DNA of 64,000 nucleotides from Nitrososphaeria archaeon (GCA_049976505.1 JBMFIC010000006.1:964-64963); one strand, 5' to 3'; counted from the stretch's first letter, positions 1 through 9,661 are shown. Notes: a model not told the origin generated them from the sequence alone. Made by a program: numbers and translations.

Positions 1-831
1 AAGCGAAATTACGCGAATCGGATAATAAAGAACAACATATACGGATCCGTTGTACGTTCCGATGGTTCCAAGCAGAAGCTCGGTTGTGTTCAGCATCGTT
101 GCATAAATCGATCTGTCAAGCGCTATCAGCTCCCCAGAGTTAACCTGCTGATAGCTGCTCAGTATTCCGCTTATCGTTTTGTTCAGAGCGCTGGCCTCAC
201 TGGCTCCCATCTTCTTCTCGAGCCCCTTTACTCGCGGTAGCTCAAACTTCCTAAAATGCTCTAAGAACTTCTCCTTTGCGTACCTGTGAATCTCAGCGTT
301 TACGTTTCCGAGTATCTTTCTGGCGGCAGCCAGGTTGTGCGCTATCTGCGTCGCGTTTCCTGAGGACTGAAGAAGAGAAACGGCCTCCTGAATCTGGGTC
401 ATGATTTCGCTTCTTAAGGTCGAGTTGCTTATGCTGCTGGCCATCGCCATGAGCCTTCTGCTGTAATCAAGCGCCATTAGCCTCGATACGTTCAGCCCTG
501 GCGGGATCGAAAAGGGCTTTGATGCTGTTAACGCCCTGTACGTGCTGTTGGTGGCCAGGTCAAAGTAGTAAAACGCTCCAGTTTCGTTGCCCTCCTCAAG
601 GAGATCCCTGGCCATTTTCAGATACGCGAGCGATTCGTTCAGCTGCGCGTAGGCCTGAGTTCCTTTTTTCACGTGTTTCAGCGCTACTTCAACCCCCTTC
701 ATCATGTAGCTAATCGTCCTGTTAAGGGCGTTTCCGCCTGGCGCCGGAGCGCTCTTTGAGAAGGCAACCGCAGGAGATGCCATAGCCACAACGAGCATCG
801 CTATTAACGATATCGCATACAGCGCACGCAT
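1..831 (-). CDS. Secreted/surface glycoprotein of unknown function (partial, runs off the window start)
   Basis: Open frame from ATG at 831 read by hand: MRALYAISLIAMLVVAMASPAVAFSK... Signal-peptide-like N-terminus and many N-x-S/T sequons (NRT, NES, NET, NST, NVS, NAT, NKT, NTT, NGS). No stop before position 1. Confidence 0.75.
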   Translation of the reverse strand, partial: MRALYAISLIAMLVVAMASPAVAFSKSAPAPGGNALNRTISYMMKGVEVALKHVKKGTQAYAQLNESLAYLKMARDLLEEGNETGAFYYFDLATNSTYRALTASKPFSIPPGLNVSRLMALDYSRRLMAMASSISNSTLRSEIMTQIQEAVSLLQSSGNATQIAHNLAAARKILGNVNAEIHRYAKEKFLEHFRKFELPRVKGLEKKMGASEASALNKTISGILSSYQQVNSGELIALDRSIYATMLNTTELLLGTIGTYNGSVYVVLYYPIRVISL

Positions 832-1001
832 GTCTTTACTTATCATTTATCATGATATAAGGAACGCTCTGAAACGATGCGGAACGAGGCATGAACAGAG
901 ATCACCCGCTAAACAGCGTTCTGGCCGTTTTAGCCTTTGTGATATCGATTTTCAGATAAGCTTATTAACCAGTGTGTGGAACATCATATCGGTGATCCGA
1001 T

Positions 1002-1316
1002 ATGGGCAGATGGGGCTGGTGCAGAGGAGGAATGGGTCCTATCATGTGGGGAGCGTGGGGTTCGCTAAACCCGTTAGGCCTTCCGAGAGGCATTGGCTGG
1101 ATGATAGCTTCAGCTCTGGCCACAGGGCCTAAGACCGAACAGGAAATAAGGGAGCACATATCAAGGCTCACTGGAGTTCAAATAAGCTACTCCCTCGAGC
1201 CAGTTCTGAGTGCGTGGGCTTTAAGGGGGCTCGTAAGGAAGAGGGACGATGGAAGGTACGAGCTGACAGCGACTCCGCCTTTTGGTCCCTACTGGGCTGC
1301 ATACCCCCTCTGGTAG
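1002..1316 (+). CDS. Small PadR-like winged-helix protein
   Basis: GPKTEQEIREHI...EPVLSAWALRGLVRKRDDGRYELT resembles a PadR/wHTH fold; Gly/Trp-rich N-terminus. Confidence 0.55.
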   Translation: MGRWGWCRGGMGPIMWGAWGSLNPLGLPRGIGWMIASALATGPKTEQEIREHISRLTGVQISYSLEPVLSAWALRGLVRKRDDGRYELTATPPFGPYWAAYPLW

Positions 1317-1398
1317 CTTCTAAAATTTTATTTACTCTAAGACGTTCAATTTTTTGAAAGAGAAAACATAAATATATCTAAACGAGATCTTCTGCGAC

Positions 1399-1509
1399 AT
1401 GAATAACAAGAAGGAGGACGAAAGGGCTGAGTTAAGGACGTCCTCCGCGCAGAAGAGCTCGGTGCCGTGGCTTGCCATAATAGCCCTTGGCATGGGAATG
1501 CTCGTTTAC
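1399..1509 (+). pseudogene. MFS transporter 5' fragment, cut by IS insertion
   Basis: ATG at 1399 gives MNNKKEDERAELRTSSAQKSSVPWLAIIALGMGMLVY (TM1-like), ending exactly at the TTTAC IS target (1505-1509). Confidence 0.7.
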
Positions 1510-2997
1510 AATTAGTGAAAGCCCCGCCTTTTTAGAGCGGGGATGATCGAAGCATAAAACATTTATGAACGTTTTCATACTTTGTTCTCATGGCGATGGC
1601 CGGTCAACTTGAATTCGGTGGGACGCCTGAGCCGACTCCTCAGGCCATACCGGCCGTCGCCGAAAAACAGGTTGTTGAGGTAAGGCCCAGCAACAGAAGA
1701 ACTAACAAAGTGCGCCTGCTGCCGAGGGGAAGCGCTGAAAGGAAGCTCGAAAGGCTCGGAGATCTATTCGCGAAAGCATTCAACGAGCTGAACTACATGA
1801 GAAGGCAGCAGCTCTTCTCAGGACAGAGGATAGACTTAGAGGGCACAGCCAGGGCCGTTTATGAAAAGTACAAGAGCCTGTTAGGTTCGGCCAACGTCCA
1901 GCAGGTGATCAACAAGAACACCGAGGCATGGTCTTCATTCTTCAGCCTGCTGAAGGCAAAGAAGGAGGGAAGGCTTCCGGGCTGGCTCAGGGTTAAGCCT
2001 CCCGGCTACATGAAGGAGGACAGGAAGAGAAGGCTCCTGCTCGTGATAAGGAACGACGGCTACGCCGTTGATGAGCAGAACAGGACTCTCATTCTCAGGC
2101 GTTTCAAGCTCAGGATCCCCTTTGCAGGAAGGCTTCAGTGGTACGGAAAGCAGGGAAGGCTTGAAATATATTACGATGAAACGAAGCAGGCGTGGTACGC
2201 ATCGATCCCGGTGGAGGTTGGCGTAGAAGCCGTAAGGAACATCGTGAAAGGGGAAAGAAAGGAGGTCCAGAGGGAGAAGCCTAAAGGAAACAAAAGCGCC
2301 TCGATCGATCTCGGGATAAACATACTAGCCTCGGTCATTGTTTCCGATGGGACCTGGCTATTATACAGGGGCTCCAGAGCAAAGGAGGACTTCTTCTACA
2401 TGCAGAGAAGGATTTCAGAGATTAGGTCTCTTGAGGACAGAGCGAAAAATCTTAAGCTGAGTGAATGGGCCGAGGAGCTCAGGCTCGAGAGGAGGAGGCT
2501 CGAGGGAAGGCTGAACAGAAGGGTTGCCCACCTGTACAGGACTTTGGCATCACATTTAATTAAGAAGCTATGGTCTCTTGGCGTTTCAGCGATCTACCTT
2601 GGCTATCCGTATGAGATCGCTCAGGATAAGGGAAACAAGCTCACAGAAAATCTGTGGTCATATCGTGAATTGATGGACACCATCGAGCACGAAGCTCAGG
2701 AGTACGGAATGAAAGTGTATGAGGTGATTGAGCACAACACCTCAAGGCTGTGCGCGTATCACGGCGTCGAGGTGACCCGAAGCCCGAGAGGGGTTGTGAA
2801 GTGCCCTCTTGGGCACAGGCTTCATTCAGATCTCAACGGGGCGCTGAACATACTAAGGAAGGCAGCGGGCCTGATAGTCAAAATCATAGCAAAGCCTCTT
2901 TCATACATCGTCATGCACAGCGGAGTAGCTCCCGCTAAAGGGGAGTAACCCCCGAGACCTCGGGAACCCTCGCTATTCAGGGCGGGGAGGAGGTCAG
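1510..2997 (+). mobile_element. IS200/IS605-family, tnpB-only (IS1341-like) element
   Basis: Follows target TTTAC. Left end AAAG plus hairpin CCCCGC..GCGGGG (1522-1542). Right end GAAC plus hairpin, ending GGAGGAGGTCAG. Boundaries supported by two related copies at 45009-45051 and 45696-45848. No tnpA inside. Confidence 0.9.
1590..2948 (+). CDS. tnpB: TnpB RNA-guided endonuclease
   Basis: RuvC-I SIDLGIN, E-x-N-T-S before Zn finger CAYHG...CPLGH, RuvC-III HSDLNGALNI; 452 aa. Confidence 0.92.
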   Translation: MAMAGQLEFGGTPEPTPQAIPAVAEKQVVEVRPSNRRTNKVRLLPRGSAERKLERLGDLFAKAFNELNYMRRQQLFSGQRIDLEGTARAVYEKYKSLLGSANVQQVINKNTEAWSSFFSLLKAKKEGRLPGWLRVKPPGYMKEDRKRRLLLVIRNDGYAVDEQNRTLILRRFKLRIPFAGRLQWYGKQGRLEIYYDETKQAWYASIPVEVGVEAVRNIVKGERKEVQREKPKGNKSASIDLGINILASVIVSDGTWLLYRGSRAKEDFFYMQRRISEIRSLEDRAKNLKLSEWAEELRLERRRLEGRLNRRVAHLYRTLASHLIKKLWSLGVSAIYLGYPYEIAQDKGNKLTENLWSYRELMDTIEHEAQEYGMKVYEVIEHNTSRLCAYHGVEVTRSPRGVVKCPLGHRLHSDLNGALNILRKAAGLIVKIIAKPLSYIVMHSGVAPAKGE

Positions 2998-3017
2998 AGC
3001 CGTTTCGATAAACTATC
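2924..3017 (+). ncRNA. TnpB omegaRNA/reRNA (scaffold 2924-2997, guide about 2998-3017)
   Basis: Overlaps the tnpB 3' end and right end. Hairpins CTCCC/GGGAG and CCCGAG/CTCGGG; GACCTC can pair with terminal GAGGTC (pseudoknot). 72/74 identical to the stand-alone copy at 45696-45769. 5' end inferred. Confidence 0.75.
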
Positions 3018-3920
3018 CGATGATAGCTCTTTTCAGGTTCCTGAGCGGCGTTGGAACGGGCGCTGAGTACGGCATAGGCATGACGCTCATGTCCGAGGCC
3101 TTCAGGGCCAAATGGAGGGGAATGGGGTCAACAATCGTGTCGATTGGCTGGACCATTGGGGTTATTGCTGCCACAGTTCTTGCGCTCTTCCTGATGCCGG
3201 CATTTGGATGGAGGATCATGTACCTTATCGGCATAACGCCGGCGCTTGTGGCCTTCTACTACAGGTACAGGCTTCCAGAGTCGCCCATGTGAAAGGAGAG
3301 GACTACGGAGAGCGACAGGAAGAAGTTCCAGTTAAGGGAGCTCTTCAGGAGGGAATACATCAGGTACACAGCAGTCTTCCTAATCGTGGCCATCGTGGCT
3401 GAGCTCGGGTACTGGGGAGTTATGATATGGCTGCCATCGGCCCTTCTGACGGAATATCACATACACTTCGTCAGAACCATCTACATACTTCTCGGGACAG
3501 ATCTGATGATAATCCTGGGCATGCTCGTCTTCGGCTTCATCTCCGATATAATAGGAAGAAGGGTCGCGGTTTTCCTGGGCTTCATGGGGATCACAGCAGC
3601 CGTGATCATGTTCTCGATGGCCAGAACCGTAGCTCAGGTCATGATCGCCTCATATACCATGGGCTTCTTCATAAACTCGTACTTCACGATCTTCGGCGCT
3701 CTCTTCTCGGAGCCCTACCCAACCTACGCCAGGGCAACGGCTGTTAACTTCATATTCAACACCGGAAGGGGCTTCGGTGGAATAGCTCCCCTGATAATCG
3801 GAATACTGGCTCCTGTTTTCAAGATATCGGGGAGTGATTGGAATGTTCTCGGTGCTCTTCATAGTAGCAGGCCTCTCAATCTGGCTCATTCCGGAGACGA
3901 AGGGAATTTCACTGAAGTGA
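2998..3920 (+). pseudogene. MFS transporter 3' fragment (nonsense plus frameshift)
   Basis: RFLSGVGTGAE motif; PESPM followed by in-frame TGA at 3290-3292 (probably TGG), with the frame continuing to 3386 and beyond; SDIIGRR motif; frameshift in the G run near 3829-3832 restores ...IWLIPETKGISLK* ending at 3920. Confidence 0.85.
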
Positions 3921-3921
3921 A

Positions 3922-4926
3922 ATGGCCCTGAAGTTCTCCCTTCACTACACGCTGCAGTCGCGTGGAAGATGGGATGTTGTGTATCATGACTTCCTGAAGG
4001 AGGTCAGGCTGGCCGAAAGGCTCGGCTTCTCAGCGGTCTACGTTGGTGAGCACCACTTCTCAGAGGACGGCTGGAGCCCAGCTCCGTTTCTGGCCCTTGC
4101 CTCTGCGTCCGCGGTCTCGAGAAGCCTGAGGCTGGGAACAAACATAATCGTCCTTCCGCTTCACAACCCCTTTGAGATAGCGGAGCAGACGTCTGTGCTC
4201 GACAACATAAGTGGAGGAAGAGCTATACTTGGCGTAGGCCTAGGATACAGGCCTGAGGAGTTCGCTGCCTTTGGAAGGGACGTCAAAAAGCGCGCCCAGC
4301 TTTATGAGGAGAACCTCAGGGCAGTGAAGGCCCTTCTCGAGGGCCAGCCTGTGAAGGCCGGGGAGTTCATGCTGAGGGTCTATCCCACTCCTGTTCAGAG
4401 GCCAAGGCCCCCGATCTGGATAGCGGCGAAGAGCGAGGAGGCGGTGAGAAAGGCCGCCCACAGGGGGGATGCCTGGATTATGGATCCGGTTACCGACCTG
4501 AGGGTCCTGAAGAGAAGGATGGAGGCATACAGGGATGAGCTGAGGAAGATGGGGAAGACCGTATCGGATTTCCCGCTTAGAAGGGAAGTGTTCATCTCAG
4601 ATGATGAGGACGAGATAGAGAAGGCGAGGGAGCTCATGCTCGAGTCCTACAGGGAGGACTACTACAGGTGTGGCCACCTTCAGGACTCCGAAGGGAGGGA
4701 GATAGATCCGAACAGGGTGTCCTACGATGAAATAAAGCAGAGCGTTCTAGAGAGGATGATCATCGGCAGGCCCGACGAGGCTATAGGGGCCATAGAGAAA
4801 TACGTGAAGGAGCTGGGTATCACGGAGCTCATGATAAAGCTCAGCTTTCCAGGAAAAGATCATAGGATGAGGGTTCACTCGATGCGGGTGATCTCGGAGA
4901 AGGTTATGCCGTACTTTAGGGGCTGA
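3922..4926 (+). CDS. LLM-class (luciferase-like) flavin-dependent oxidoreductase
   Basis: AERLGFSAVYVGEHH, LPLHNPFEIAEQ, LDNISGGRAILGVGLGY and PVQRPRPPIWIAA motifs. Confidence 0.88.
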   Translation: MALKFSLHYTLQSRGRWDVVYHDFLKEVRLAERLGFSAVYVGEHHFSEDGWSPAPFLALASASAVSRSLRLGTNIIVLPLHNPFEIAEQTSVLDNISGGRAILGVGLGYRPEEFAAFGRDVKKRAQLYEENLRAVKALLEGQPVKAGEFMLRVYPTPVQRPRPPIWIAAKSEEAVRKAAHRGDAWIMDPVTDLRVLKRRMEAYRDELRKMGKTVSDFPLRREVFISDDEDEIEKARELMLESYREDYYRCGHLQDSEGREIDPNRVSYDEIKQSVLERMIIGRPDEAIGAIEKYVKELGITELMIKLSFPGKDHRMRVHSMRVISEKVMPYFRG

Positions 4927-5026
4927 TCTGAATGGCCCAGGCGTTCCTGTCATTCTGAATCGCATGTAACGCTATAAATCAGCTAAAAGCTTATTTACTG
5001 CAATGTCTTGATGGTAAACGTCAGAA

Positions 5027-5662
5027 TTGGTAAAATTAGAGGAGCTGCTTGATGAGGCGCTGAAGAGCTCTAAGAGGAGGAACTTCGTTCAGTCAGTGGA
5101 CGTAATAGTCACCATCGATAAGAACAGGACGAAGGCCCAGACCTTCAACGAGTTGGTTTATCTCCCTGTCAAGTTCAGGTCCCCTGATGAGATAGTTATA
5201 ATAGGCAGCGGCGACGTCGCGCTGGAGGCGAAGAGACAGAACCTCAGGCTTGTTGATCCCGACACCCTCGACAGGCTTGCAACCAACAAGAGGGAGGCCA
5301 AGAAGCTGGCAACAAGGAGCTTCGCGTTCATAGCTGAGGCATCTCTCATGCCCAGGGTTGGCAAGGCTCTAGGTCCCATACTGGCCCCACGCGGTAAGAT
5401 GCCTGTCCCGATACCGAACGTTGCGGCCCTTCAGGCAACTTTTGAGAGGCTTCTTGGGGCAACAAGGCTGAGGGGAAGGAACGTCTTCGGAGTTCAGGCC
5501 AAGATAGGCTACGAAAACATGAGCAAGGAGGACCTTCTGAAGAACGCAAAGGCCCTGATCGATTACCTTGAGAAGAAGCTTCCCCCGAAGTCCATAGACA
5601 GGATAGGCTTCAAGCTTACCATGGGAAAGCCAGTGAAGGCAAAGTACGATGAGGTGAGCTGA
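5027..5662 (+). CDS. rpl1: 50S ribosomal protein L1
   Basis: KRRNFVQSVD and LGPILAPRGKMPVP motifs; TTG start. Confidence 0.93.
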   Translation: MVKLEELLDEALKSSKRRNFVQSVDVIVTIDKNRTKAQTFNELVYLPVKFRSPDEIVIIGSGDVALEAKRQNLRLVDPDTLDRLATNKREAKKLATRSFAFIAEASLMPRVGKALGPILAPRGKMPVPIPNVAALQATFERLLGATRLRGRNVFGVQAKIGYENMSKEDLLKNAKALIDYLEKKLPPKSIDRIGFKLTMGKPVKAKYDEVS

Positions 5663-5663
5663 C

Positions 5664-6518
5664 GTGCAGAGGGCTTACGTCAGGAAGAAGGACTACCCGC
5701 AGAAGAAGAAGGAGCAGTTCGCCAGGATTCAGGAGCTTCTTCAGAAGCACAGGTACGTGGCAGTGGTCGACCTCTACAAGCTCAGGGCGGTTCAGATTAA
5801 CGAGCTCAGGAAGAAGCTGAGGGGGCAGGTCGTCTTCCTCGGGGTTAAGAACAAAATCGCGGAGAAGGTCCTGAGGGGATCAAAGGCCGGCCCGCTGGCC
5901 GACTACATAAGGGGCCAGACGCTTCTTATGTTCTTCGACATGGATCCCTTCGAGCTTAACGTTCTCCTCGAGAAGAACAAGGTCATGCTGCCTGCAAAGG
6001 CAGGGGACGTGGCCACGGACGACATAGTGGTTCCCGCCGGCAACACGGGCCTTCAGGCAGGACCAGTTCTCAGCGAGTTCAAGGAGCTCAAGATACCCAC
6101 CAGGATCGAAACCGGAAGCGTGTTCGTGACAAAGGACACCGTGGTGGCCAAGAAGGGCGACGTAATAAGCGACAAGCTCGCTGCCCTTCTCTCAAAGCTT
6201 GGCATAAAGCCCATAAAGTCCGGGCTCTCGATCAAGGCAGTTTACTTCGATGGCATGGTGATAAAGGGAGAGGACCTGAAGATAGACCTTGAGGCCTACA
6301 GAAACAGCATAGCTGAGGCCTACACCAACGCATACAAGCTCGCCTACGCCCTTGAGCTGCCGTATCCTGAGGTTCTTACGGTGATTATAGCTGACAGGCA
6401 CGCGAAGGCAAGGAGGCTTGCTCTCGAGTCAGGATACTACAGCGAGGACACCATAAAGGACATAATAGCTGACAGGGAGACGAAGGCTAGAGCCCTGAGA
6501 TCAAAGGTAGGGGCATAA
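5664..6518 (+). CDS. rpl10: Ribosomal stalk protein L10/P0
   Basis: AKAGDVATDDIVVPAGNTG and LLSKLGIKP motifs; directly follows rpl1. Confidence 0.93.
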   Translation: MQRAYVRKKDYPQKKKEQFARIQELLQKHRYVAVVDLYKLRAVQINELRKKLRGQVVFLGVKNKIAEKVLRGSKAGPLADYIRGQTLLMFFDMDPFELNVLLEKNKVMLPAKAGDVATDDIVVPAGNTGLQAGPVLSEFKELKIPTRIETGSVFVTKDTVVAKKGDVISDKLAALLSKLGIKPIKSGLSIKAVYFDGMVIKGEDLKIDLEAYRNSIAEAYTNAYKLAYALELPYPEVLTVIIADRHAKARRLALESGYYSEDTIKDIIADRETKARALRSKVGA

Positions 6519-6592
6519 GTTTTTAGGCTTACGCCAAACTTTTCTCTGATCATATTAACGTTAATATACTATATGTTATTCTCATTCAGTTA

Positions 6593-7867
6593 ATGTCGTC
6601 TATATCCGGGTTCTACAAGCTATCAGTTGAGGAGAGAAGAAAGCTGCTTAAACAGCTTGGCTACCTCACGGACGAGGACATAAAGGAGCTTGAAAGGGGA
6701 GGGCTGGACATATCGGTTGCTGACAAGATGATAGAGAACGTAATAGGGGTTATATCCTATCCAATAGGGATTGCGACGAACTTCCTCATAAACGGAAAGG
6801 AAGTGCTCGTGCCAATGGTGATAGAGGAGCCATCGGTGGTGGCTGCGGCAAGCAAGGCAGCCAAGATAGCAAGGGCAGGGGGCGGATTTACGGCAACCGC
6901 TGATGAGCCGGTCATGATCGGCACCATTCAGCTGGTTGAGGTCAGCAACCCATCAGAGGCCGTTTACAGGATAAACAGGGAGAGGGAGAACATAAAGAGG
7001 ATGGCCAACGAGCTGCTTCCCGAGATAATAAGGAAGGCTGGAGGCTTTGAGGGCTTTGACCTGAGGGTCCTGTACACGGATGCCGGCCCCATGGTCGAGT
7101 TCTACTTCTACGTCCACGTTCTCGACGCCATGGGCGCCAACACGGTTGACACGGTGGCCGAGGGGCTGGCCCCTTATCTGGCAGACCTGGCAAGGGGCAG
7201 GTACCTTTTAAGAATACTGTCAAACTACGCCATCAGAAGGATCGCAAGGGCGACAGCAAGGTTCCCGATAGAGGAGCTCGGCGAAGACGGCGACAGGGTT
7301 GCCCAGGACCTCATCTACGCCTACAACCTTGCCAAGGCCGATATATTCAGGGCCGTCACCCACAACAAGGGCATACTCAACGGTATAATTGCAGTTGCGA
7401 ACGCTATTAACAACGACACCAGGGCCATAGAGGCCGGAGCGCACTCATACGCCTGCAGGAGCGGCAGGTATCAGCCTCTAACGGACTACAGGATAGATGG
7501 CAAGTACGTGGTTGGAAGCATAGAGCTGCCGCTTCAGGTTGCAACGGTCGGAGGGTCTGTTGGGCTCAACAGGGTGAACAGGATAGCCCTCAGGCTGATG
7601 GGGAACCCGAGCTCCAGGGAGCTTGCTGCCATAATGGCCTCGGTTGGTCTTGCTCAGAACTTTGCCGCGATGTACGCCCTCGTGACGGAGGGGATCCAGA
7701 GGGGCCACATGAAGCTACACGCCAGGAGCCTCGCGCTGAGCGTTGGGGCGACCGTGGAGGAGGTTGATGAGGTCGTCAACAGGATGCTCGAGTCCAGGAA
7801 CATCAGCTACGATTCCGCCAAGAAGATCCTCGAGGACCTGAGAAGGCAGAAATCCGTCGATAAATAA
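6593..7867 (+). CDS. mvaA: HMG-CoA reductase, class II
   Basis: ENVIG, EEPSVVAA, DAMGAN, HNKGI and GIQRGHMKLH motifs. Confidence 0.93.
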   Translation: MSSISGFYKLSVEERRKLLKQLGYLTDEDIKELERGGLDISVADKMIENVIGVISYPIGIATNFLINGKEVLVPMVIEEPSVVAAASKAAKIARAGGGFTATADEPVMIGTIQLVEVSNPSEAVYRINRERENIKRMANELLPEIIRKAGGFEGFDLRVLYTDAGPMVEFYFYVHVLDAMGANTVDTVAEGLAPYLADLARGRYLLRILSNYAIRRIARATARFPIEELGEDGDRVAQDLIYAYNLAKADIFRAVTHNKGILNGIIAVANAINNDTRAIEAGAHSYACRSGRYQPLTDYRIDGKYVVGSIELPLQVATVGGSVGLNRVNRIALRLMGNPSSRELAAIMASVGLAQNFAAMYALVTEGIQRGHMKLHARSLALSVGATVEEVDEVVNRMLESRNISYDSAKKILEDLRRQKSVDK

Positions 7868-8002
7868 TCAACGCTGGTCCTGCATTCTGTATAATTTTTT
7901 AATTTAATTATTGGTTTTTATGTAAAAATCGTGCGATCATGACTTTATTGCCTTTTTTGGCTACACAAAGTTTAAATACGATTGCATAATTCACTTCTAC
8001 AA

Positions 8003-8392
8003 ATGTAGGTCAGCTCCGAGCTTAAAAGGGACGTGCTTAACACGCTGGAGCTCGCAGCCTACGGAATGGCCGCAAACGCCCCAATAGCTGTTCTATCCAC
8101 CTTCATAGGCAACGTCGAGTTCATAGCCCTGGCCTCGAACTTTGGGGTTATTTTCTCATACGCGCTAACGGGGCTCGAGGTCTACGTGTCCCGTAGGAGG
8201 AACATCGAGGGCATGTTCTATTCTCCCCTTTACCCATACGTTCAGATACTGTCGGCCGTTCTGTCCATGGTGGTTATGGCAGCCCTGGGAATAAGGGCCC
8301 TCTATATAGGCTTCCTGACGATAATGTCAGAGCTTCTCTTCTACTATGCTGAAAAGGAGCTCAGGCTCTCGCGAACCAAAAACAAAATTTAG
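8003..8392 (+). pseudogene. APC-family amino-acid permease remnant with large internal deletion
   Basis: ATG-TAG at 8003-8008, then LKRDVLNTLELAAYGMAANAP (APC TM1-like) joined directly to C-terminal-like segments (SNFGVIFSYAL...FYSPLYPY). Only about 130 codons. Confidence 0.6.
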
Positions 8393-8414
8393 CCCCATGG
8401 GCATCTTATCAAGC

Positions 8415-9323
8415 ATGGGAGGATCCTCAAAAGCGCTCGACATGGATCCTGGGATAGATGACGCCTGCGCCATAATCCCGTCTGAGAGCTTCTGGGGCTC
8501 GCGCCTGAGGTCGGTCTCAACGGTTTCCGGAAACGTAGATGTACAGAAGACCACGATCAACGCCCTCAGGATAAAGGAGCTGTTCGGCTACTCATACAAA
8601 GTCTACAGGGGCGCCTCCAGGCCGCTCGCCGGAAGGCTCACTAACGCAGCGTTTGTGCACGGCAATGACGGTCTGGGGGATGCCGGCCTACCGATGCCTC
8701 AGATAAAGGAGGAAAAGCAGACCGCCGTTGAAGCTCTGATAAGGGCAGCAGCGGACGGTCATGACATCATCGCTACGGGGCCCCTTACCAACGTTGCCCT
8801 CTTGCTGATACTCAGGCCTGACCTGACAAACAACATAGGAAGTCTGACTATCATGGGAGGTGCCTTCAGGCTCACGGAGACAGGCGGAGGCAACGCGACA
8901 AGGTTCGCTGAGTTCAACGTTTACGCCGACCCCGAGGCAGCTGACATAGTCTTCAGCAGCCTGAGACACATGAACGTGGTCCCCCTGGACCTGACGATGA
9001 ACCCGGCTCTCTCCTTTAGAAAGGACGAAATAGAAGGCCTTCCTGACACGAAGGGCGCCAGGTTTCTCAGGGCAATTTCAGCCAGGTATCTTGAAAGGTT
9101 TCCGGCACTTGTGCTGCACGACGCAATAGCCGTTGACGTTCTCGAGCACGGGGACGAGTACACGTACATGTCAGGAAGGGTAGGCGTTGTAAAGCAGGGA
9201 ATAGCACGCGGCGCGACATATCTGATGAGGGACGATGAATACGATCACAGGGTGTACATAGCACCAAAGAACAACAACGGGTTTAAGGAGAGGTTTCTTA
9301 GCGCGCTGAAGGAGCTATCCTAG
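8415..9323 (+). CDS. Inosine/uridine-preferring nucleoside hydrolase (start uncertain, 5' end possibly damaged)
   Basis: DMDPGIDD, HGNDGLG, TGPLTN, AEFNVYADPEAA and LHDA motifs. Confidence 0.85.
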   Translation: MGGSSKALDMDPGIDDACAIIPSESFWGSRLRSVSTVSGNVDVQKTTINALRIKELFGYSYKVYRGASRPLAGRLTNAAFVHGNDGLGDAGLPMPQIKEEKQTAVEALIRAAADGHDIIATGPLTNVALLLILRPDLTNNIGSLTIMGGAFRLTETGGGNATRFAEFNVYADPEAADIVFSSLRHMNVVPLDLTMNPALSFRKDEIEGLPDTKGARFLRAISARYLERFPALVLHDAIAVDVLEHGDEYTYMSGRVGVVKQGIARGATYLMRDDEYDHRVYIAPKNNNGFKERFLSALKELS

Positions 9324-9661
9324 GGCGTTATCTCAATAAAGCCGTCCTGAGTAATGCTGACGTTGTATGTCCTCAGAGGTATCTTGAGCTTCTCGAACTC
9401 GCAGGGGACCTCGGGCCTTACCTGAGGCTTTTCGATTAGCTCCCCGGTTCTGACGTCATACTTTGCGCCGTGAGCTGGACACGTTGCAACGGTCCCATCT
9501 ACCTCAGTGAGGAGCGCGCATCCCATGTGCGCGCATATGGCTTCCATGCCGTAGAGCCTGCCCTCGTGCTTCACTATGAGCACGGGCCTCGAGTTGTACC
9601 AGATTATTATGCGGTTGGTTCGATCGAAAACCGAGCCCATAATTTTAATCTTCATTAACAT
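9320..9661 (-). CDS. Rieske [2Fe-2S] ferredoxin
   Basis: CAHMG and CPAHG ligand boxes. Confidence 0.9.
   Translation of the reverse strand: MLMKIKIMGSVFDRTNRIIIWYNSRPVLIVKHEGRLYGMEAICAHMGCALLTEVDGTVATCPAHGAKYDVRTGELIEKPQVRPEVPCEFEKLKIPLRTYNVSITQDGFIEITP

Noticed and set aside
3290-3292. In-frame TGA in the MFS gene as possible selenocysteine or recoding
   Set aside because: The position matches the conserved Trp of the PESPxW motif, the gene has other lesions, and TGA is a normal stop elsewhere in the window.
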